From Gemmatales bacterium (GTDB lineage Bacteria > Planctomycetota > Planctomycetia > Gemmatales > HRBIN36), in assembly GCA_041640595.1 (NCBI GenBank), contig JBEPZY010000007.1:53611-117610 (forward strand): a DNA stretch of 64,000 nt, written 5' to 3'. Under the pieces are notes generated by a model. The model saw only the letters and a program-made list of their open reading frames with translations. It searched no databases and was not told the origin of the DNA. The position numbers and the translations under genes are program-made. How positions within the stretch are numbered: the first letter of the stretch is position 1; each line of letters starts with the position of its first letter. Below, piece by piece: positions 50,137 through 58,987 of the stretch.

Positions 50137-50985
50137 TTAGCTGGCAGGGCGTTCATCCGGAGCACTAGTCGCTGGCCACTGGCCACCTGGCATTTCTCTG
50201 CACACAGGATGCAATTGGCCATCGGCTAGCCGCAAGACTCGGTCGGCCTGCTGTGCCAGTTCCCAGTTGTGGGTAACCATGATGATAGTCATTCGCTCGT
50301 TTCGGTTCAAGTCGCGGAGCAGAGCAGCGATCTGGGAAGCGTTGGCCGGGTCGAGGTTCCCCGTCGGTTCGTCGGCGAGCAGGAGTTTCGGCTGGGCGAA
50401 CAAGGCACGGGCGATGGCGGCACGTTGTAATTCACCACCGCTGAGTTCTGCCGGTCGGCGGTTGGCCTGACTCGCCAGCCCCAAACGATCCAGCAGTTGC
50501 CAGGCTCGCTTTCTCGCCGACCAGCGTTGCCACAACCACACTGGCACCGAGCAGCGAATAAGCGCTGGCATCATGATGTTTTCCAGCAGCGTCAGCTCCG
50601 GCAGCAGGTGATAAAACTGGAAAATAAACGCGATTGCCTCGTTGCGCACCTTGTCTTTCTCCCGCGGCGACAACGTGTCGAGCCGTCTCCCTTCAAACCA
50701 TACCTCGCCCCGATCCGGTGCGTCCAGCGTGCCGAGCACATGCAAGAGCGTGCTTTTGCCGGAACCGGAAGCGCCGACCACCGCCACAAACTCACCCTGC
50801 CTGACTTGCAACTCCACGCCGCGTAGCACCGAAATTTCGTGCCGACCTTTCCGGTACGCCTTATACAACTGCCGCGCTTCCAGAATCGGCCGGGCTCCGC
50901 TGGCCACGTCGTTTCCCGATCGCAGCAGCGCTTGCACCAGACCGTTCGCAGCTCCGCAACCATCGCCGGACGTTATCGCTGACAT
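50137..50985 (-). CDS. lolD: LolD-like ABC transporter ATP-binding protein
   Basis: GASGSGKS, FIFQFYHLLPE, LSGGE, ADEPTGNLD, VTH. GAGGAG before ATG 50985; upstream in-frame starts also exist. Confidence 0.8.
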   Translation of the reverse strand: MSAITSGDGCGAANGLVQALLRSGNDVASGARPILEARQLYKAYRKGRHEISVLRGVELQVRQGEFVAVVGASGSGKSTLLHVLGTLDAPDRGEVWFEGRRLDTLSPREKDKVRNEAIAFIFQFYHLLPELTLLENIMMPALIRCSVPVWLWQRWSARKRAWQLLDRLGLASQANRRPAELSGGELQRAAIARALFAQPKLLLADEPTGNLDPANASQIAALLRDLNRNERMTIIMVTHNWELAQQADRVLRLADGQLHPVCREMPGGQWPATSAPDERPAS

Positions 50986-51058
50986 GGTCTCCTCTGCCGC
51001 CGTTGCAGGCGCTGCACCCAGCGGCGACACTCCGCTCGGGGATTGAGGTTCGGACAGC

Positions 51059-51248
51059 TCTGCCATTTTCGATCCGTCTAATTGGCTCATGCAGCCATCA
51101 TTGTGAGACAAGCCGCTAATCAAGCGTCCAGCTATTCTGCCATTTTCAATCCGTCTTATTGGCTCATGCAGCCATCATTGCGAGACAAGCCGCTAATCAA
51201 GCGTCCAGCTATTCTGCCGTTCTCGATCCGTCTAATTGGCTCATGCAG
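51059..51248. repeat. 77 bp tandem repeat, about 2.5 copies
   Basis: Units start at 51059, 51136 and 51213 (TCTGCC.TT.TC.ATCCGTCT.ATTGGCTCATGCAG...), with a few substitutions. Confidence 0.95.
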
Positions 51249-51721
51249 GGCTGGCTGGTTCGCGTGCCGGGCTGCCAGTCGCCCTGGCTAGTCTGAACAA
51301 TTCCCTCCCGCTGTCAAGAGCGAAATCACGAAGCCGGTTCGCAGCATGCTTCCTGAGCGCTGGTATGCCTGCACCGTCGTATGTTCAGCGAGAAGAACAG
51401 GGTCGCCTCCACATGTCCGTTCCACTGTGCCACAGCTCATTACGCAATAGCCACCACGGACGGCAGCCAACTCGATCGTCCTGAATGCTCGCCACTTGCC
51501 TCTTTGAATGTGTGGAACGTATGATCTTGCCGTTTATGTACACAGCTGCGTTTTCACGGATACAACAAAAGTGCTCTGGTTTAGTGGACGGCGGATTTAC
51601 TGGAGATGCCCGCCATGGTGCCCCGGTGAGCAAGGCCGGACACTGGCCACCAGCCACTGGGCACCAGAGACGCCTAGCACGACGATGGTGGGCAGTTGCA
51701 TGCGATGATCGGAGAAACACC

Positions 51722-52660
51722 ATGACCGATTGGCGACTCAATGATCGGGCCTTGCAGTTGTTCCAACGGGCACTGCTGGATCCGGCCCCACTACGAATCA
51801 CTGTGCAGACGGTGAACGGGACAATGGTGATAGATGCCGGCATTCAATGCGAAGGCGGTGTGCAGGTAGGTTTATTACTGGCCCGCGTATGTCTGGCCGA
51901 TTTGGCTCAGGTAGAAGTGATTACGGGTGAGGGCGAAATGCCCTGGCCGATGGTGAGTGTCTTCAGCGACCAGCCCGTGATTGCTTGCCTGGCCAGTCAG
52001 TACGCAGGCTGGCAGATTCAGAAAGGAAAGTATTTCGCCATGGCATCCGGCCCGATGCGGGCGATTTATGCTGGCGAAAAAATTTTCGAGGAAATCGGCT
52101 ACCGGGAAAGGTCCGCTGTTGCCGTCGGCGTACTGGAAACGAACAAGCTGCCGTCCGAGGAAGTGGTGAGTTATCTGGGCGAAAAATTGCAGATGTCCTC
52201 CCATGCTTTACGTTTGCTGGTAGCACCAACCGCGAGCCAGGCCGGCATGCTGCAAATCGCTGCCCGGTCGGTGGAGACGGCATTACATAAATTGCACGAA
52301 TTGGGATACCCGTTGTCGGAAATCGTGTCGGGTTTCGGCACGGCACCATTATTGCCGCCGCCACGAGATCCCATAGCGGCCATCGGTCGTTCCAACGATG
52401 CGATCCTGTACGGCGCTCGGGTCTGGCTATGGGTGCGGAGCGAGGATGAACGGATCGCGGAAATCGGGCCGCGGGTACCTTCTGCGGCTTCGCCGGACTT
52501 CGGCCGACCTTTTCAGGAAATCTTTCAGCGTTACGGTGGCGATTTTTACCGAATTGATCCGATGCTGTTCAGCCCGGCCGAGGTACACTTCTACAATCTC
52601 CAGACAGGCAGGCATTTCCGCTTCGGCCAACGCCGACCCGATATTTTGCAGGAAATGTAA
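51722..52660 (+). CDS. mch: Methenyltetrahydromethanopterin cyclohydrolase
   Basis: IDAG...GG, CLASQYAGW, YFAMASGPMRA, ARSVETALHKL, NDAILYG, DFYRIDP.LFSPA. Confidence 0.95.
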   Translation: MTDWRLNDRALQLFQRALLDPAPLRITVQTVNGTMVIDAGIQCEGGVQVGLLLARVCLADLAQVEVITGEGEMPWPMVSVFSDQPVIACLASQYAGWQIQKGKYFAMASGPMRAIYAGEKIFEEIGYRERSAVAVGVLETNKLPSEEVVSYLGEKLQMSSHALRLLVAPTASQAGMLQIAARSVETALHKLHELGYPLSEIVSGFGTAPLLPPPRDPIAAIGRSNDAILYGARVWLWVRSEDERIAEIGPRVPSAASPDFGRPFQEIFQRYGGDFYRIDPMLFSPAEVHFYNLQTGRHFRFGQRRPDILQEM

Positions 52661-52732
52661 AGCAAGTGCGCAGAATCGTGTCGCATTGCTTCGAACAAGC
52701 CATGGGGAAGGATTTTTGACTTCGGAAGAGTC

Positions 52733-53632
52733 ATGTCGGTCAACGTAATGGTGCTGGCCAGTGGTCCCGGCTGGCATGTGCGCGACCTGCAGCGGGCGGC
52801 TGATATTGTCGGCTGCCGGCTTCGCATTGGCGACTTTCGCCGTATCGCGGCAAGCGTCGCCACAGGGATGGAAACGCCGCTGCATCAGCCGGAATTGTTG
52901 GGAGAACCTGGCTGGGCAACAAATGCAGTGCTCGTACGCACCATGCCCCCAGGAACCCTTGAGCAGATTATTTTCCGTATGGACGTGCTGCACCGCTGCC
53001 AGGCCAGTGGCATTGCCGTCTTCAATGGCCCCCGTGCACTGGAGACGTGCATTGATAAGTATTTGACCACGGCTCGCCTGGCCGCTGCTGGTTTGTGCGT
53101 ACCGGAAACCTGGGTTGGACAGGACGCTGATTCCGCACTGGTAGCATGGGAACGACTGGGCGGGGACGTGGTTGTCAAACCCATTTTCGGTTCGGAAGGG
53201 CGCGGCATTTTGCGTGTGCAGGAACGGGAATTGGCCAGGCGAGTGTTTGGTGTGCTGGAACGGCTGGGGGCGGTTTTGTACTTGCAGCGTTACGTGGAGC
53301 ACGAGGGCTATGACCTCCGCGTCTTCGTGCTGGGTGAAACGGTGCTGGCAGCGATGCGACGTTACGCCCGCAACGATTTCCGCACTAACGTGGCTCAGGG
53401 CGGACAGGCCGAAGCGGTTTCCCTTACCGCTGCTGAAACCAGAGCCGCGTTGCAGGCGGCTGCATGTGTGGGTGCCGAAATCGCCGGGGTGGACTTATTA
53501 CCTGCTCGTAATGGTCAATTGTTCGTCCTGGAGGTGAACGCGGTGCCAGGCTGGCGGGCTTTGTCCAGGGTCAGCCATTGTGATATTGCAGCGGAGGTGC
53601 TTCGATACATTCGTGGGCGGATTCAGCATTAG
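52733..53632 (+). CDS. RimK-family ATP-grasp glutamate ligase (H4MPT-linked orf5-like)
   Basis: GWH, VRTMPPGTLEQIIFRMD, VVKP.FGSEG.G, DLRVFV, RTNVAQGG, LEVN. Confidence 0.9.
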   Translation: MSVNVMVLASGPGWHVRDLQRAADIVGCRLRIGDFRRIAASVATGMETPLHQPELLGEPGWATNAVLVRTMPPGTLEQIIFRMDVLHRCQASGIAVFNGPRALETCIDKYLTTARLAAAGLCVPETWVGQDADSALVAWERLGGDVVVKPIFGSEGRGILRVQERELARRVFGVLERLGAVLYLQRYVEHEGYDLRVFVLGETVLAAMRRYARNDFRTNVAQGGQAEAVSLTAAETRAALQAAACVGAEIAGVDLLPARNGQLFVLEVNAVPGWRALSRVSHCDIAAEVLRYIRGRIQH

Positions 53633-53822
53633 CGGGTCAACTGCCAGGCGTAAGAGATTGCCAGGGGACTATGCTGACATCCACACTGGCCAGCAGCTAG
53701 TGGCCGGTGTCCGGGACGAATCGCTGTGCCAGAGTGGAGTGCTTCTAGTTCATGCTGCTTATTTCGCCTCCGCGATAAATTCCTCGCTTGTACGAATTCA
53801 TGTCGGGTTTCGGGGACGCGCT

Positions 53823-54767
53823 ATGCAATCACCTTTCGGGTATCCACAACCGATAGGGACAGGCAAAAACCCTGATACAGCCCAGAGGACAGATCGCTGG
53901 CCCAGCGGCAAGCGGTTACCTGCTTCGGTGGCAGCGTACCTGGCCTGCACCCTGGAAGTGCTGGCTCCCAAAGCAGGCAACGTACACGTGCACCAATCGT
54001 TCGACGATGCAACGGTGCTGGACTATATAGCCAGCGCTGCCGTGCTTGCACCGTTGCTGGATGAAACGGCCAGACGCGGGGTGGGTGCCACCGTGCTGGA
54101 AGCTGTTCGCCGTACCCAGCTGGTTGCGCAAACCAACACGAATCTTGGCATAGTTTTGCTCCTGGCTCCACTGGCCGCTGTTCCTGCCGAGTGCTCGCTG
54201 GCTGACGGTGTAGCCGCGGTTCTGGACAGTTTGACGGTGGAGGACAGTCGGGCAGTTTATACCGCGATTCGTCTGGCCAGCCCCGCCGGTCTGGGCAAGG
54301 TGCCAGACCAGGACATTGGTGGCGAACCGACGCTGCCCCTGCGAACGATCATGCAGCTAGCCGCTGACCGTGATGCAATAGCCCGGCAATACGCCTGCGC
54401 GTTCCGCGACGTTTTTGCCTTTGGCGTGCCCTGTCTGTTGCAGGCACTTGAGCAGGGCCGATGCCTGGCGGACTCCCTGGTCTGGTGTCAGCTGCAATGG
54501 CTGGCTGAGTTCGGCGATTCACTGATTGCCCGCAAATGTGGATGCGCTATCAGTCAGGAAGCAGCGGAGCGGGCCCGTCAGGTGCTGACGCTTGGCTGGC
54601 CCGATACGCTGGCGGGACGGGAGGCCTTTAGCGAACTCGACCGCTGGCTGCGAGGCGATGCTCATCGTCGTAATCCGGGCACGACTGCCGATTTGGTAGT
54701 GGCCACGCTTTTTGTCGCCCTGCGGGATGGCTTAATCCCTGTTCCGTTCACGGTACGCTGGGCGTGA
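53823..54767 (+). CDS. CitG-like triphosphoribosyl-dephospho-CoA synthase homolog (H4MPT-cluster orf7-like)
   Basis: AC.LEV.APKAGNVH, NTNLGIVLLLAPL, DSLIARK, NPGTTADL. Confidence 0.88.
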   Translation: MQSPFGYPQPIGTGKNPDTAQRTDRWPSGKRLPASVAAYLACTLEVLAPKAGNVHVHQSFDDATVLDYIASAAVLAPLLDETARRGVGATVLEAVRRTQLVAQTNTNLGIVLLLAPLAAVPAECSLADGVAAVLDSLTVEDSRAVYTAIRLASPAGLGKVPDQDIGGEPTLPLRTIMQLAADRDAIARQYACAFRDVFAFGVPCLLQALEQGRCLADSLVWCQLQWLAEFGDSLIARKCGCAISQEAAERARQVLTLGWPDTLAGREAFSELDRWLRGDAHRRNPGTTADLVVATLFVALRDGLIPVPFTVRWA

Positions 54768-54954
54768 TCGCGTATGTCAGCTAAGCAACGTAGCGGATCA
54801 GGGTGCTTACTCAGCTGGCCTCGATGCTGACGGAGCTGGTCCCCCCGAATGGGGGCGGTTTTCTCGCCTGCCCAAGTGGTTTATATACTGACCCGGAAAA
54901 CTGCTCGTCTCCGCGTGGCTGCCAGATGGCGAGACGATGGGTTGGAGATAAACC

Positions 54955-55449
54955 GTGGCTGAAACTTTCACCGTTCGCGTGCAGAAAGAGCAATTCACCT
55001 TTTGTGCGGCACACTTTATCACCTACGAAGGTGAGCAATGCGAGCGCTTGCACGGACACAATTACCGCGTGGCCGTGGAACTGGCCGGACGGCTCGATGA
55101 AAACGCTTACGTGTTCGATTTTATCGCCCTGAAACATTTAGTCCGTGAACTCACCGAGCAACTCGATCATCGCATGCTGATTCCGTTGCACCATCCGCGT
55201 TTCCGGCTGGAAGTCGGCGAGCGGGAGGTCGTTTTACATTACGGGAATAAACAGTGGTGTTTCCCGCGGGACGATTGTGCTCTGCTTCCCGTGAGCAATA
55301 CCACAGCTGAAATGCTCGCAAAGTACCTGGCGGAACGCATCATGGCATCATTGCAAAGGCGAGGTTTTAAACCGGATTGGCTTCGCGTCGAAGTCGAGGA
55401 GGCCCCCGGACAAACCGCGAGCTATACCTGGACGAAAGATCGCACCTGA
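54955..55449 (+). CDS. 6-pyruvoyl-tetrahydropterin synthase (QueD/PTPS) family protein
   Basis: FCAAHF, CERLHGHNY, DF..LK, LDH, TTAE.LA, EE.PGQ. Confidence 0.9.
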   Translation: MAETFTVRVQKEQFTFCAAHFITYEGEQCERLHGHNYRVAVELAGRLDENAYVFDFIALKHLVRELTEQLDHRMLIPLHHPRFRLEVGEREVVLHYGNKQWCFPRDDCALLPVSNTTAEMLAKYLAERIMASLQRRGFKPDWLRVEVEEAPGQTASYTWTKDRT

Positions 55450-56171
55450 TCCGGCCGGATTCGACCATCGTGTAATGCAGAAGCGACCAGCACAGCTTCT
55501 ACGTTGTCCGCGGCCAACAGGTGCAAGTCGTCCACGCAACGAACACCACCTCCCAGGTACCATCGCGCTTGCGGTGCCGCCGACCGGGCTGTTCGCAGTA
55601 GTTGCCAGCTCCAGTGCAGCTGGCCTGTTCCGACCGAGGCCAGATCGAGAGCCAGAAAGTGTTGCCAACCACGCTGATGCCACCATCCTACCAGTTCGGT
55701 AACCGACCGGGATCGCCATCGCGCCTCTGCTACCAGTAACTGCCCTTGAGACGCATCCAGCGAGAGCAAAGCTCCTGCCGCTGTTAGCACTTGCCAGCTT
55801 GCTTGACCCACGGATTCACCGGAACCACCAAAATCAAGCGTTTCCAGGCCAAGAACCGGTCGGCAACCGAACTCGCTTGCCCACTCTATAGCTGCTTCGA
55901 TATTGCGAAAGCCCGCGTCTAACCAGAGACCTGGCAGCAAGTTCGCCAGTCGCTGGATAAGCTGACGGTTTGGTCGTCCATGCAGGATGCCATCGAGGTC
56001 TGCGACGTATAACTCACGAAAACCGTAGGCGTCTCGCAAAGCTTTGACCACATCCACAGCATGGCAGGATCGCGTCCAGATACTGGTCAACGGTTGGTAG
56101 CTATTCCGCTGACCAGCCACGGCATGGACTGCCTGCCCATTCAAAATGTCCAGAACCGGTATCAGCCGCAT
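55422..56171 (-). CDS. HisA/HisF-related TIM-barrel protein (H4MPT/methanofuran-cluster orf17-like)
   Basis: IPVLDILNGQAVHAVAG.R..Y, LYVADLD, LDLASVG, GGGVR, LVASALHDG. Confidence 0.85.
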   Translation of the reverse strand: MRLIPVLDILNGQAVHAVAGQRNSYQPLTSIWTRSCHAVDVVKALRDAYGFRELYVADLDGILHGRPNRQLIQRLANLLPGLWLDAGFRNIEAAIEWASEFGCRPVLGLETLDFGGSGESVGQASWQVLTAAGALLSLDASQGQLLVAEARWRSRSVTELVGWWHQRGWQHFLALDLASVGTGQLHWSWQLLRTARSAAPQARWYLGGGVRCVDDLHLLAADNVEAVLVASALHDGRIRPDQVRSFVQV

Positions 56172-56214
56172 GCATTTTCAGGTCTGCGGTCTCCCGCTTA
56201 CACTGGCGTATCAT

Positions 56215-57030
56215 TTACGGAAAGAAACCCAGTTTGATAAGGGTGCCGGTAACCCCGGTCAGGGTGACGCGATCTACGCCCAGGCCACCAATCAGTACAC
56301 TGACCGGCTTCCCCGACGGAAAGCTGACGTTGTTGAGGTTGGCCTTGTCGTGACCAGTCCCCAGATCAAACAGGGAGAACACCGCGAACGCCGAGTTGGT
56401 TATGTCGAGCTGATCATTGCCATCGTCCGTGTGCAAAACCACCCGGCCATTGAAGGTTGACTGTAGCAGCTGCACCAAATCCTGACCCCGGCCGGTGCTC
56501 AGCTGAAAGTCGCGGGAGAATTGGCTCTGGAAAAGAGTAACGGTATCGTTGCCTCCTCCGGTTCGCAAGATTACCGACCCGTTAAAAGTCCCGTTTGCCA
56601 ATGCAATCTGATCGTTGCCGCTGTCATCGAGAACCACGATGGAATTGTCGAATTGACCTGCCCCAATGCTGCTCACGTCGTTCCCATCGCTTGGCAAAAC
56701 AATCACCTGTCCGGCAAAAGGAGAACTGGCCGACACGGAGACCGTATCATTGCCACCACCAAGGTCCAGATAAACCCGTGTTACACCGCTAACGGAAGTC
56801 GGGCCGGATATGGAAGTTGTGGCGTCACCCGCAATGGTGAGCGAATTGGCGCCGGTAGCTGTCAAAGTTACGCCGTTGTCTAAAGCATCTCCAATCAATC
56901 GGACGATACCGCCCGATTGCACCACGTTGACTGTTCCAGCGGGCTGACAACGCTGCTCGAGACATTCGATGCTCAGACATACGCTTTGGCGAGGCCTCAT
57001 GGGTTGTCTCCTTTTTTCTAGTTGACGCAT
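56215..57030 (-). CDS. Secreted planctomycete protein with LEPR-XLL-type leader and GGND beta-roll-like repeats
   Basis: LSIECLEQRCQPA leader; repeated GGGNDTV/GNDQ motifs. Confidence 0.75.
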   Translation of the reverse strand: MRQLEKRRQPMRPRQSVCLSIECLEQRCQPAGTVNVVQSGGIVRLIGDALDNGVTLTATGANSLTIAGDATTSISGPTSVSGVTRVYLDLGGGNDTVSVSASSPFAGQVIVLPSDGNDVSSIGAGQFDNSIVVLDDSGNDQIALANGTFNGSVILRTGGGNDTVTLFQSQFSRDFQLSTGRGQDLVQLLQSTFNGRVVLHTDDGNDQLDITNSAFAVFSLFDLGTGHDKANLNNVSFPSGKPVSVLIGGLGVDRVTLTGVTGTLIKLGFFP

Positions 57031-57179
57031 ATTCCGATTTTACCAACTCTTCCGAAATTTACAAGCCGAGCCTTTCGAACGTAATACTTTCCGCTTTCCC
57101 CAGAGCCTATCGCTCAACAAACAGGATTTGCCATTGTCAGCGGGGCGAATTTACGGCATTTCCCATACGGTGCCGAAGG

Positions 57180-58112
57180 ATGCCGAAAGCGGAGGAGAGG
57201 AAGAGCAGCATGGATGCCGGTTTCATATCGCTGGGATGTCCGCCTGCATACACGACTCGCTGGGGAGCGGCTTACGTGGGAGATTCGCTGCAATTGATGC
57301 GGCGGATACCGGACGAATCCGTTTCGTTAGTGTTGACGTCACCACCGTTTGCCTTACGTCGGCGCAAACAGTACGGCAACGTCGAGGCGGAACAGTATCT
57401 GGAATGGTTCATGCCATTTGCGGAAGAGATCTGGCGTATCCTGCGGCCTGATGGGAGCTTTGTGCTGGAATTGGGAGGAGCATGGGATCGCGGGCAACCC
57501 ACGCGTTCACTGTTACCGTATCGCCTGGTTCTGCGGCTGGCCGAGCGTTTTTATCTAGCACAGGACTGTTACTGGTACAACCCATCGAGGTTACCGACTC
57601 CTGCGGAATGGGTGACGATTCGTCGCAACCGGCTCAAGGATGCCGTAAATTTCGTGTGGTGGTTCAGTAAAAGTCCGTTCCCGGAGGCGGATAATCGCCG
57701 TGTCCTGAAGCCATACAGCGATTCCATGCAACGGTTGCTGCGCGAAGGTTACAGGCCGCAGCTGCGCCCTTCGCAGCATGCGATTTCTCCTCATTTTCGC
57801 CGGGACAACGGCGGGGCGATTCCGCCGAACATTTTGATGCTGCCCAACACCCGATCACGCGACCCTTATTTAGACGCCTGCCGGCGCGCCGGTCTGCCGA
57901 TCCATCCGGCTCGTTTTCCGTTCGGGTTACCGGAATTCTTTATCCGCTTCTTGACCCAGCCAGGCCAGATTGTGCTGGATCCATTCGCCGGAAGTAACGT
58001 GACTGGCTACGCAGCGGAAATTCTCGAACGTCACTGGGTGAGCATCGAAATCAATGCCGCTTACGTCGAAGGCTCACGCTACCGCTTCACTGCTCTGTCC
58101 CAGGCGGCTTAG
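57180..58112 (+). CDS. Beta-class N4-cytosine/N6-adenine DNA methyltransferase (PvuII-like), orphan
   Basis: Catalytic TSPPF precedes HPARFP and the SAM-binding VLDPFAGS. Confidence 0.9.
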   Translation: MPKAEERKSSMDAGFISLGCPPAYTTRWGAAYVGDSLQLMRRIPDESVSLVLTSPPFALRRRKQYGNVEAEQYLEWFMPFAEEIWRILRPDGSFVLELGGAWDRGQPTRSLLPYRLVLRLAERFYLAQDCYWYNPSRLPTPAEWVTIRRNRLKDAVNFVWWFSKSPFPEADNRRVLKPYSDSMQRLLREGYRPQLRPSQHAISPHFRRDNGGAIPPNILMLPNTRSRDPYLDACRRAGLPIHPARFPFGLPEFFIRFLTQPGQIVLDPFAGSNVTGYAAEILERHWVSIEINAAYVEGSRYRFTALSQAA

Positions 58113-58221
58113 TTTGTTATCGTGGCCAGTACCAGTGGTCAATGACCGGCACCGAGAGCCTGTGATATTCGCACACTCGGCAGGCTTCTAGTGGCAGCTG
58201 CGTTTCCGGATCGCGCCGCGC

Positions 58222-58255
58222 AAAAAAGGAACCGTGGCAACTATTCCACGGTTCC
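58222..58255 (-). terminator. Intrinsic terminator for a minus-strand transcript
   Basis: Stem GGAACCGTGG / CCACGGTTCC with 8 nt loop; A6 on + gives a U tract on -. Confidence 0.8.
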
Positions 58256-58312
58256 CCGATACACCTACATGACGCAATACGATCTTGCAGCGAATTTATG
58301 TCTGGGCGAACC

Positions 58313-58534
58313 TTACTCCGCCGGCGTGGGCAGCTTGCGAATGGTTTCGGGAGCCGGCTGAATCAATGACTTTTGGTCGCTGGGGACCACGTAAACGTTT
58401 CCACCGGCGCAACTTCCGCCGCATCCCCCGCATCCATCGCACACGTAATGATGGCAGCCCAGGCTGATCGCCAAAAGCCCGATGATCCAGCCCATCACCG
58501 CCGACTTCCGCCAGTTCCATTTTGCGGGTAGCAT
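58313..58534 (-). CDS. Small Cys-rich putative lipoprotein (73 aa)
   Basis: AAGGAAGGAG RBS, basic plus hydrophobic leader ending LGC, then HHYVCDGCGGCGGSC; terminator just downstream. Confidence 0.65.
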   Translation of the reverse strand: MLPAKWNWRKSAVMGWIIGLLAISLGCHHYVCDGCGGCGGSCAGGNVYVVPSDQKSLIQPAPETIRKLPTPAE

Positions 58535-58987
58535 CGTCTCCTTCCTTGCCCGAAAGGGCATTCCTGCTCGTCAGTTTTTCCGCATTGCCGTTTTGCGGAG
58601 AGAGCCGATTCCGGCAACTGACGAGCTTTTCCCTCCGTTCCGCCGGAATCTGTCCTAACTTTCGTCGGCAAGATAGCGATGGATTCAATCCAACCGGTTT
58701 TCCGTAGCACACCAGAGCCGGGGAGCGAAACGAAAATGCTGACGGTAACGATTGCAGCGAGTTTGCCGTTGGTACGGACGAGCAGCGCAAATCAGAGCTC
58801 TGATTGACCCGGATAGCTTGTAACCTGGATTGGCTACTCCGAAGCTGACCGACTAGCAGCGAAATCGCAAGTTCTGCCAGACCCGGATAGGTCTAACACG
58901 CATCGGTGGCACTCGAGAATCTAACCTCTAATGGCAAGAGCTATTTCGTCCGCACTCGCAGGGAACGATTTGGCAGCCAGGAGAAGC

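Noticed and set aside
51059..51248. 77 bp repeat as CRISPR
   Set aside because: The whole unit repeats; there are no unique spacers.
52427..53302. 291 aa minus-strand ORF
   Set aside because: Antisense to mch and the RimK-like gene.
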